The notes under the pieces are model-generated. The model was not told where the DNA came from and did not search any database. It saw only the letters and a list, made by a program, of their open reading frames with translations. From Bugula neritina (taxonomy: Eukaryota; Animalia; Bryozoa), in contig OZ037773.1 of assembly GCA_964035545.1 (NCBI GenBank), positions 3,687,751 through 3,751,750 on the forward strand: DNA of 64,000 bases, read 5' to 3'. Below are positions 53,546 through 64,000 of the stretch, piece after piece; positions within the stretch are counted from its first letter, which is position 1, and the number at the start of each line of letters is the position of its first letter. A program made the translations under genes and the position numbers.

Positions 53546-55149
53546 CGTTATTTTTTCAATTTATAGTGGGCTGCTTTCATCAATGCCAGTGTTTTCATGA
53601 AAGGTGAATCTAATTATATTACACAAGACTTTCGTGCCTATTTCTTTTAGCTTTACTTCTAGTTTTATATTCTCCCGTTTAACTAAAACTTTAGGTACAA
53701 GACCAAGTTGAAGTGGCAAGTGGTACTACTAGTACTAGTACTTAGAGTTAATAGTTGCTATCAGTATCACATTTACAATTACTGAGTATAAGTATTACTA
53801 TTACTATTAGTATTACTGTATTAATATCACTATTATTCTTACTATTGTATTAGACACTAGTAGTGTAGTACTACTAGTACCAGATCATTAGTATTTAAGT
53901 AATACTAATAGTATTCACTTTCAGATTGAAATTCTTTATTTATTAAATTGAATTGACATGATTCAGTCATTTGATTATAGTTAACCTGAGCCCGTATTTA
54001 CACCCATCCCATTATTCTTCTTAACGTGAGAGTGGGCTAAGAGGAGCAAACTAGTCGCTTATAGTTATTTAACCCCAATAATGTAGCATGCAAATGTATG
54101 CCTAATACTAATACAGTAATAGAGTTTTAAAAGCAAGTACAGAGCTAGCATCAATTGCTGTCTGGGGAGGTGCGTTCCAAACATCAATTACTCTTTGGGA
54201 GAAAAATTGTTTTCTAATGTTTGTTCTTGCATTTACGGATCATTATTAATAATGTTTACTAATACTAATAGTGATATTAATACTTATAGTTATACTTAAT
54301 ATTATAGTTATACTAAGTTAATGTTAGTGTTACTTATAATAATAATTACAGTTTCACTTTATAGTTTATTGAAAATGTCAATGACTCATTCAATGAGTGA
54401 TCTATGGTTCAGATTGAAATTGACGGTTTGGGTTTGACCTTTTCGGATTACTAAGCATTGCCATTAGCTGGTCATTCATGCACTCCACTTGACCACTGTT
54501 GGAGTATTTTTATCTTCAATGCATGATAGTTTAATTTAAGTCAGACTAAAGTTTAAACCATGTAGGCTCATAAATCACTTTATCATAATGATAACTTGAC
54601 TGGAAAATCAATTCGTTTTCAACACTTACTGTGACATTAAACTTATCTGTAAAATGTAATGTAAGCAGTAATGACTAATTTAATGTGTGATATTATAAGC
54701 ATTACTATCACTGTGACTATAAGTATAGCCAAATTCGTGTTCATAATCATATTGATGTTAAATATGAGACCACGATTGTGATTTTTACGTTGAGTGATTG
54801 TAAGTGTAAAACTAAGGATACATAGATTTTATATAAATAATATTATATAAGTATTACATTACTTAACTATTTGTATAAATATAAGTATTGGTTTTACTTT
54901 TAGCAATTGCCAATGCTAGACTACTATTGGTACTATTCATTTTATAATTGGACCAACAGTATCATAGTTGCACTAAATATATTTCGGTAATAATCAAGGT
55001 CATAGTTGTGAAGTAAATGTGAATACGATGTATTTACTATGAGTATTACTATGTTAACTATTCTAAACTTTGCAGCTGTCAATCATGGTTAAAATGTTAT
55101 TGTGACTAAGTTCAAGTTAACGCTAGGTCACAGTTGTATAAAGTCGGGT

Positions 55150-55292
55150 AATCGCCCAGATGGCAAAGTTGAACGTTGGTCGGACAATAAATTGCTCCTA
55201 TGCCGTATTAGAAGACGTCCTTAGCCCGCTCTAAAAAGGCCTTTTCCATTCTTTCTCACAGACATAGTGATTATAACCTCAAGTGAGTTTTA
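55150..55292 (+). mobile_element. Degraded 3' part of the SINE family
   Basis: attgctcctatgcc...gtccttagcccgct...ttctcacag...gtgagtttt. Confidence 0.55.
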
Positions 55293-55351
55293 TGTACTAA
55301 TACTGTGAATTATTTTAAAGGGGGTCAGCAATTTATATAGTAACAACAGAA

Positions 55352-58300
55352 ATGACTACCAACGAACTGCTTGAAGTTACTATTGCCGCTCAACCACCCG
55401 AATGTATTGGGTGAGTTATATTGACAGTCTAAGCCAAATTTATAGAATATTTGTTTTTAAGTTACTGCTCCCAATACTTTTTTAAAAACAGTTGAAGTTT
55501 TCTTGTAAATTGATCACTAAATAGTGCAACTGTATTTGTAGCAAAATTCGATATTTAGATAAAGATGGTAAAGGAGGCGGGCCCATAAAATGTTACCATG
55601 ATTCAAATAGAACAGGCTTTTCTGTTCAGGTAAGGAAAACATTAGCCATAGCTAGAGCAACTTTACTAAACAATTTGAATATTAAGTAGACCTTCAAATC
55701 ATCTCAGTTGTACATAGTATTGACACATAATTGCTAAAATAAAAAAAATGTTGTATAACGTTTAATAGTTACCAGATTTTTCATATTCATAGTTATTTAT
55801 TGAAAATTTTATTTCAATATAGAACTTTAACTGAAGTTGTTATGATGGTGACAATGTTTCTACCTAATCGAAAAATACGATGAAATATTCTAATTCTACT
55901 GTGTAGGTGGAGTTGAAGAAGCTAAACCTTTCATATAAAATTTTTGCGACTTTTCTCTCTGCTTTAGTCATCTTCATAGGGTTTATCTTGTTTTTTGATA
56001 TAATTAATATTCTCTTTAGTCAAGCCAAGTAGTTTTTGTAGCTTTGATGCACAATACCAAATTGTTAAATATTATTAAAAAAAAATGGTCAAAATAGCCT
56101 GCGTTTGGCCACCTGGTGGCTTAATGTGTGCTACACTATCATGTGACCGCCCTGCCACATAAGCAGGTTCTAAGAAGGCTATCAATTGAATGCCGAGGCA
56201 GATATCCTTGAATATTTATTCTAGCCTATGGCCCAGTACATAGGGGTCTCTGCCTAGTGTGTATCAGCTAGGTTGCTCAATCAGCTATTTTCAAGGTCAC
56301 CAGCAATGTCAGGAAAAGCATTCCCCATAAGGCACTAATTAGAAACGCCTTAGGCACATTGTAGTGTTTGGCAGAGATTGTGGCTTGTCTGAGTGTGCTT
56401 GGAATTTCCGAGGGGGATTTTACATTACGTAATGTTACCCTTGAATGCATACTCACTTCAAACTCTTTACGCATATACATTAATACGTGTAGAATATAAG
56501 CACTCACTATAGTTAGAAGAATATCAATGCCACAATTACTGTTGCTTGTTGCAGGTCAAATCAAATTCTCCTCAGCCTCATGGCAGCCAGGTCAAGGTTA
56601 TAGCTTTCTGTGTGACGGACACGCAGCCCGTGGCGTACCACCCTCTACTGCTCATAGAAAATGGTGGAGGCACAGACCAGGTGCATGGAGTAGTCACTAG
56701 AGATCTCTGTCTGACGGATAGAGTGAAGAACATCAGGTATAACACGCCCATTTCCTTCTGGGTAGTTTATTTCATCAGCAGATGGGCTATCCTTGCTGAT
56801 TTCATAGTTGTAGCTGATATCGAGAGTTGCTGCTTACAGTGTAAAAGAAATGAAAGGTTTGTAGAGACAATATTGAAAAAGTTGGTATCCGTTTTGTACA
56901 GTGACCACAAATATGCCATGCTATTTCGCACTGGGCCCCATCATCACTTCTGACAGCTTTATTTTTATATACTGTTATTTGTTATTATGTTTCCTTTCTA
57001 ATTGTTTGTCTGCTCTTGTAACTTATGCTAGTTGTGAAACACTGTATTATGATGAAAATAAAACACACACACACACACACACATGCTGGTTCAAGAATTG
57101 TTTCACAGTCATGCATGCGTGTTGGGTTTCTTCCTCAGCCACCACCACAAGGGGATGGGGTGTTGAGTCATTACAATATTTCGTAGACAGGTTTTATTAA
57201 AACTATTCAAATAGTATTCAAATAGTAATATAATCGGTATATTTAATGAAGTCATTTTAGTAATATTAGAAACTTTTCACAAAAGTTTAAACAAGTTTCA
57301 AAGACAAAAATTTCAAAAGGGTGACTCAATGTTTTTATTTGTACAGGGCAACTGAAACGGAAAAGTTTCCCCTTCCAGTAAGACTTTTGTGTGCATTTGC
57401 TCTTAAATTAGAAAGTTTAAAAGTACTGACACACAATGTGTAAACAGTCTCTTTACTGGCTCACTTCCTGTTATACATAAGGGAGCAGCCGTGATCTAGG
57501 GGTTAGAGCGTTTGCCTAGTAAGCTCGAAAGTCATGGGTTCGAGCCCGGACAAAGGCCATCGGTCATGTTAGGAAGAGCATCCAGTCATAATTGCTCCTG
57601 TGCCTCATTTAAATAAGTCATTAGCCCCATTTAACAAAAAAACTTTTCATCAGGGGTTTTCTCACAGGGATAGTGACTATAAACTTACGTGAGTTTTTTC
57701 CTATTATATACACTTTATGTTCTGTTGTCAAAGTACTAGTAAAACATTTTCTCTTCAATGTTGAATTTTTTTAATTAATTATTGTTGATTAACCTTGCTG
57801 TAATAGTGATTTGGTCTGCATACTGCACCTGTAGTCACTACTAAACGGTTGTAGTCACTACTAAACGGTTGTAGTTGCTACTAGACGGTTGTAGTCACTA
57901 CTAGACGGTTGTAGTTACTAATGTACAGCTGTAGTTACTCCCAAACAGCTGTAGGTGGTACATTAACTAGCAGTTACAAAAACTCATAACTACATTATCT
58001 TAAGTTGTAAGTACCGTTACTGATTCTAGCAATAAAGGTTAAAATCTGAATTACTGTGTCAAGCTGTCAACCCCCCCCCCCTTAATGCTGGTAAAGGGGG
58101 GGGGCTAAAACTAGTTGATTGGCTGCAAAGGACAGGAGTTGAACTGACATGTTTTATTTCTACTGGAATATAACAACAGTTTAAAATTCATGCAGTGATT
58201 GATGTTGAGTGTGTTATATTTTGCAGTTTTGGCAGAATCAAGATAGCTCAATGTAGCAAGGACCTTGTTAGAAAGTGTCTTGAGGAAAGGGAGAGGCATT

Positions 58301-61300
58301 TGAACATGCTTGGAATCAATGGTGTGTAAAGAATAGAATTAGCCAAAGTTTGTCTAGAGGCAGGGTATTCATCGAAGCTGTCTAGATAATTGTTAACATA
58401 GCTGTCTTCTCTTGTTTTAGTGTGTTTTTTCTGTCTATTTATATTTTATAATAATAGTTGGTATAGTCAGTAAATCAGTATAGCAGTCAGTAAACTCATG
58501 AATGAGTGTTTTTCCTATTAGAAATTTATATTTAACTTATTTTCATCTCCCCTGTAACTTTGAACCATTCCAAACAATGCAAAGTGTGGAATATAATTTT
58601 TTAAATTGAAATAAAATATATAAAGTGTATAAATAAATTTTGGACCTTGGCTCCGTATTGACTCTGATTGTATTATATTTATTCTCAGCACAACCTGGTG
58701 CCGTGCAGTCTGGGACAGTCTCGAAGAACAACGAGTTTAAAATAGCTGTATATGTCGTGGAGACAACTCCAGATAGTGGAAAGAAACTCATAAACTCTGT
58801 AATGACCGACTCCGTGGAAATTATTAGTGAGTTAGAGTTATCTCCCCTGTTGCATAATCTGTATATTGGATATAGTCAGATAACTTTTCTATATATGACT
58901 TGTTTTTAATGTTTTAGAATTGTTTAGTTCAGTCCTGATCCTTTGTAGCAAAATTTCGAGTCTAAGCAAGGATTGTACATAAAAACCAAAGTCAATTTTT
59001 TTAATTATTTGCATGAGATTATATTACATTGGAGTTTTACAGTTTTTTTTTCTGTTCTCCAACAATAACTTTTCATAAACAAAATTCGAAAAAATGTGAC
59101 TAACCTAAATAATCTTTCCCTAGTATCCAATGTTTCCACTAAATAATTATATTATTTACTTTTATCAATACAAGTACATCCATTTTTTAAGATTTTACAT
59201 AAAATAATTTATTGTTCCGTTAATCTTGTTATACTTGTCTCCTATAAATTTCCAACATACATTGATGTTTGTGACATCAATTATAGTGTTGAGCCTTTGA
59301 AGTAGTCTTGAAGTACTGTTATGTTTTGCTTTCAGCTGATTCGTTCAAAATAAAAAAAGTTGTGCCCTGTGAGATTTCAGCCAATGGTGGAGAAATTGTC
59401 TTAATTTGTCAACCTTTCAAGTCAAGCGCAGGTAAATGTTTTTTAATTTCACGATATTACCACTATTAAATTTTAGCAAAATAAAGCTGCCCTCTGTCAA
59501 ATATATGAAAATATTATGTTGCTTTATTTAGAAAAATGTTTAGATTTAGATGGCTTTCGATGCAATAGACCCATTTCAGCACTGATCAGTAACTAAAACC
59601 ACAAAAATGCTTTCAAGTTTATTTCCGTCAAATTATGCATGAAGAAATATTTTTAAAAAATCTTCTGAACTGCTAATACATGTGCATATATCAAAATATC
59701 TATCTCCTAAAATAACAATTTTATAACATAATTAGAATTTTAAGTAGCCAAACTTTAAATTTTTAATGAGTTTGCTCTTTATACAAAGGTTCAACCTATT
59801 CACTTTGGGAGGACACAACTTTTAATTATAAAGGGGATATCAGGGACGACTGAAAAGGGTCTATTATTTTAAAAAGTTGTAAAAGATTGTCAAATCTCTA
59901 CAACATTACAACAACTGTAAAACCACCTGCTTGATCAGGAAGAAAAATGATGAAATAATAAATTTAAAGATCTTCTGTTGAAGTCGTTTTGTTAGCTGCT
60001 TTGTAAAATATTCTGATTTTTAAGTCTAATTTCACTTGTAAAAAGCTGTTTCTTCTATATATCAACAATATTATTGAGTTGTTTATCAATAAAAACAGTT
60101 GAAAATCTTGTGATGAGGACAACTCCTAATCTGTTGTTTTATTACTGGTAGTTATATGTCATATTCCTGTAAGCAATGGTGATTTAGACACAATGGCTGT
60201 TAAATTTTGTGACACATTTGGCTGGGAGATTACGAAACCATTGAATAAGAAGAATATTCATGAAAGTTCAGTCATTAAACTGGATGCCCCGAAATATCCT
60301 TCTCCGCAAAGTAGACGCTCCAAAGTGTTTATCAAGCTGTGCTCAATGACCTTGAGAAAACCTAATGCAAGTCCTGGTTTCCCTTTTACTTACAGTAAGC
60401 ATTCAACTAGCAACTAGTTGCTACTAGTAAATAGTAACTAGTTGCTAGTAACTAATAATTAATTACTAGCAACTAGTTACTAGTCGCTAATAACTAGTTG
60501 CTAGTAACTAGTTGCTACTAGTAAATAGTAATTAATTACTAGTAACTAGTTGCTAGTAACTAGTTGCTAGTAAATAGTTACTAGTTGCTAGTAAATATTA
60601 ACTAGTTGCTAGTAAATATTAACTAGTTGCTAGTAACTAGTTGCTAGTAACTAGTTGCTAGTAACTAGTTGCTAGTAAATAGTTGCTAGTTACTAGTGAT
60701 TAGTTACCAAAATACTAGTAACTAGTCTCCACAAACCATTGATGTTCTTATTTTATTGTTAATATCTTGTTTTGAAGTGAGTGTAATCCTCAATATAGTG
60801 GTCTTGAAGTGAATACTGTATATGCATATAATATTAACAACTATTTCTGAAAGGTATTTCATGGTGATTTCACTATTGTTCTGTTATTAGCTATTGTTAG
60901 TTTGTTTTTCTCATTAAAAATAAGTCTTATATATTCAAATTGTATAATATAATTGTTTTTAATTTAGTTTCTGATGAGAGTGTATGCAGACCTGATCGAA
61001 AAAGAAGGAGAATGAAAGGAAATATTGAGGTTAGCAATATACCTATAAAATATTTGTATCGAAATGTGTGTAAGCGTAAGTGTGTATGTATAATGTATAT
61101 GTGGGTGGGTTTGCATGTATGCAGCATGTATGGATATATACATAGATGTAAGCATCAGTGAGTTCATACATTGTGCAAATACAATTGGTGGACATCTTGT
61201 GTTAATATAGTAAGTCAAAGTTACTTTCTAAACATGTTGAAGTTATATTAATAGATCATCAGTTATTTCAAATAACTAAAAGATAATCAGATTGTTGTCC

Positions 61301-63594
61301 AGTAGTAATGGCATTGGATTAGTAATGGAACAAATGGCAAAGTAGGTAAAAATGGCACATTTTCAATATTAAGGTTCAGGGTAGTGGTTTAGGTTTGGGG
61401 TTGAGGGTTTGAGTTTGAGATTGGGAAAATTTAACAAACTGTGCCGTTTTACCTACTTCTCTATTTGTAGCATTATTACCTGTGCCATTATTATCTGTGC
61501 CATTATTACCGGACACCCATTTGATTATCTGTGCTACTTTTACCTAAAATCAATAAAATGATCAGTTCATTGATATCAAATTACGTTTTTATTACCATTC
61601 CTTGTTCATAGGTTGTGAAGAAAAAGCTGGCAGTTGTTGCGGACAATGAAGACGTGCCGGCTGTACTCAACAGCATCTCCTTGTCTTCTGGTTCCTCTGC
61701 CGGCTCCTTTCCGAGTAACGAGAAGTCGGTGATCGAGTCAGCCATTACGAAGTCACTTGAGTCAGAAACTGGTGCTGCTTACCAACACACTTCCATTCAG
61801 ACATGCGCCAACTCCGTTGACATCGGACAAAGTCGCAACATTGAAAGTGAACTTCTAAGCGCTGCTTCACAAGGTGAAAGCCCTGAAAACAGAGCCGAAG
61901 TCGGTGGTCTGTTAAATGTGGTGGTTGGCTCAATGCTGCACCAAACTCAACGTGTCTCTAATTTCCACTGCTCTGATCAGAATCAAAATTACTTCTCTCC
62001 GAGCTCTGCTGGGAAGGGTGCTGCAACTCTACCACCCCATCCTTCTAATGTGGCTTGTGGGTTCTCTTCTCAAGATACTGGATTCCTACCAGTTGGTTTC
62101 TACGCTTCTCCGATTCACCAAATCAGCAACTCTCAAGGCTCAGCTGTTACTAACTCTCACACAGATGGTTTTATGACCAACCACCTTGCTACTGCTGTCC
62201 ACTCCCACACGAATGGTGTCATGACCAACCACTTTACTCCTGGTGTCAACTCCTATACGAATGATGTCATGACCAACCACCTTGCTACTGGTGTCAACTC
62301 CTATACGAATGATGTCATGACCAACCACTTTACTCCTGGTGTCAACTCACACACGGATGGTGTTGCTGCTGCTACATCTCATCATGTAGCTCATACCAAA
62401 GCAGAGAGCAACCAAGCTCCATATTCCAATCATACTCCATTAATGTCAAATCAACGGAGTCTTTGTTCGTTAGACATTGCATCTGACCTGCACCCCTGGC
62501 CTTCGTTCAGTGCCGTGAGTAGACAACAGACCACCAAGGTGTCTGGGGGAGATAATTCGAGTCTGAATCTGAGCGAAGAAGTAAGTTAAATAATGCAAAT
62601 GTATGTTAAACAGTGCAGCTGTAAGTTAACCGGTGAAGCTGTAAGTTAAATAGTGCAGGTGTGAGTTTAACAGTACCTTTGTGAGTTTCAGTAAAGTACA
62701 TACAGTTGGTGCATACTCTGATAGGTTAGTACTCTGTATATGAATATATGAAAGCCTTAAAGTATTTAAGATAAAGTTTTACAGTAAGTTATAATCAATT
62801 CACTAGGTTCATATTGTTACCTACAAACTATACTGTTACAACGTGATACTTGGTTTTACTTCCAACTCTGTATCTTTTGTTTTAGCTGAATGATAAACTT
62901 TCTTTTCGGGAACTGTTATCTTCAGACAAGGTTTGTTTTAATCAATTTAAATCTTTGTGTTTTTATTCAAGGAGTTAATACTACTTTGATGTAGAGTCCA
63001 TTTTTACATTTTGCATCCTGGTTCATTTTTTTCCAATGAAAATGTGTGCCACTCCTTGGTCATAATTCAGGTATTTTTAGTTTACTTTTATCTACAACTC
63101 TTAGTAACATATAATATCAATAATTTTGTATAATATATAATATAATATAATGTATGGCATACTATATAATATATAAGGGTATATTATATAATGCATATTC
63201 ATTATCATCAGAACCATAAAATATGTATTTATCCAGGGTTATTCTCTCTTGTTTTAGAATTTAGATAGTGTGATGAGTACGGGCTCCAGCTTATCCACCC
63301 CGCCATCTAGTCTAGGTCAACCCAAAGAAAAATCTGTACGAGACGTGGTAAGTTGGCATCTGGGTGCCAGTTTGACAGTGTTTTATCTTATTACCAGAGC
63401 TAGTAATACTTTAGTGAGTAAGGTATAGTCACTAAATAACTGGTAGAGTCACTGGTAGTGGTAGTAGCAGCAGTAGTGGTGGTGCAGTAGTGGTAGTAGT
63501 AGAAGTAGTAGTAGTAGTAGTAGTAGTGGTAGTAGCAGCAGTAGTGGTAGTAGTAGTAGTAGTAGTAGTGGTAGTAGTGGTAGTAGTAGTAGTG

Positions 63595-63648
<54 letters not shown>

Positions 63649-63653
63649 ATAGC

Positions 63654-63684
<31 letters not shown>

Positions 63685-63740
63685 ATAGTAGTAGCAGTAG
63701 CAGCAGTAGTAGTAGTAGTAGCAGTAGTAGTAGTAGTAGC

Positions 63741-63772
<32 letters not shown>

Positions 63773-63982
63773 CAGCAGTAGTAGTAGTAGTGGCGGTAGT
63801 GGCGGCAGTGGCAGTAGTAGTGATAGGGGTGGTGGTAGTAGAGGTGCTAGTTGTAGTTTAGTCACTGCAGTAAGGGTATTTGTAGTAGTGTAGTCCCTAG
63901 GACACAGGTGCTTGGGGTAGTATAGTCACTAGGGCGCAGGTACTTGTAATTTCCTCTGTATTTGCAGATTATGGGCCAATAA
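55352..63982 (+). CDS. Highly divergent Rel/NF-kB-family protein, copy B (RHD + IPT + NLS + low-complexity C-terminus), ~666 aa
   Basis: 11 phase-compatible exons: 55352-55410, 55542-55629, 56555-56736, 58227-58321, 58689-58826, 59336-59431, 60188-60394, 60968-61029, 61612-62580, 63258-63347, 63968-63982. Motifs VTIAAQP..KIRY, VIAFCVTDTQPVAYHPLLL, FGRIKIAQCSKDLVRKCLEER, FKIKKVVPCEISANGGEIVLIC, VKFCDTFGWE, NIHESSVIKLDAPKY, FPFTY, NLS RKRRR. Confidence 0.8.
57481..57698 (+). mobile_element. Intact tRNA-derived SINE (~218 bp)
   Basis: tRNA-like head with A-box-like tgatctagggg and B-box gggttcgagccc; central ggaagagcatccagtc resembles the Meta-SINE core (from memory); T-rich tail; at least 5 copies in the window. 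Confidence 0.8.
57830..57955. repeat. 20-bp minisatellite (gtagtcactactaaacggtt)
   Basis: About 6 degenerate copies. Confidence 0.8.
59567..59862. mobile_element. 296-bp MITE, AG...CT termini, AT duplication (ISL2EU-like)
   Basis: ca[at]agacccatttcag ... ctgaaaagggtct[at]ta; short TIRs with one mismatch. Confidence 0.7.
60405..60725. repeat. Degenerate ~14-bp repeat (tagttgctagtaac)
   Basis: Starts just after the donor at 60395. Confidence 0.85.
61295..61551. mobile_element. MITE family B copy
   Basis: acaaatggcaaagtaggtaaaaatggcacattttcaat...ttacctaaaatc, homologous to 15693-15951. Confidence 0.75.
62150..62362 (+). repeat. Coding 48-bp repeat (TNDVMTNH[LA/FT][T/P]GVNSY) x~4
   Basis: In-frame 16-aa repeats in the large exon of Rel copy B. 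Confidence 0.88.
62581..62700 (+). repeat. Degenerate 20-bp repeat x6, each unit starting with a splice-donor hexamer
   Basis: gtaagt/gtatgt/gtaagt/gtaagt/gtgagt/gtgagt at 62581, 62601, 62621, 62641, 62661, 62681. Confidence 0.75.
63455..63845. repeat. (GTA)n trinucleotide microsatellite, intronic
   Basis: Direct reading. Confidence 0.95.
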
Positions 63983-64000
63983 TCTACAACTGGAAGGCAG

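Noticed and set aside
56737-56953. Read-through of ORF 56546-56953 (CCLQCKRNE) as the next RHD segment
   Set aside because: A donor at 56737 joins in phase to exon 58227-58321, which matches the Rel motif better and mirrors the paralogue's intron phase.
57481-57550. tRNA gene
   Set aside because: Has A/B boxes but no convincing cloverleaf, and continues into a repeated SINE body.
63449-63865. Poly-Leu / poly-Val ORFs (similar artefacts at 43694-44070, 33489-33974, 36548-37252, 44238-44764, 46005-46532)
   Set aside because: Stop-free frames through simple or minisatellite repeats in introns or intergenic DNA.

Overview
AT-rich, intron-rich genomic DNA from an invertebrate animal (probably a lophotrochozoan; inferred from composition and gene content only). 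Most ORFs in the supplied track are repeat artefacts or single exons, so I rebuilt genes by hand from GT-AG sites and reading-frame continuity. From left to right: the 3' end of a calexcitin/sarcoplasmic Ca-binding EF-hand gene (+); a 10-exon secreted beta-propeller-like gene (+); a 3-exon globin with a putative myristoylation start (+); a 9-exon SLC16/MCT-like MFS transporter (-); a frameshifted intronless rhodopsin-type GPCR plus a fossil 3' end of a paralogue (-); and two very divergent Rel/NF-kB-family (RHD+IPT+NLS) genes arranged head-to-head (34927-51035 minus, 55352-63982 plus). The Rel pair is the main candidate system. The two genes share their first seven coding intron phases and flank a region with a perfect kB palindrome next to an AP-1 site. 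One copy has the redox Cys replaced by Ser; the other has a degenerate DNA-recognition loop. A second recurrent pattern is minisatellites made by tandem amplification of the splice junctions themselves. Mobile DNA includes a 3-kb ISL2EU-like element with ~890-bp TIRs nested in a SINE, several MITE families and a tRNA-derived SINE family. All gene models are predictions from sequence alone.
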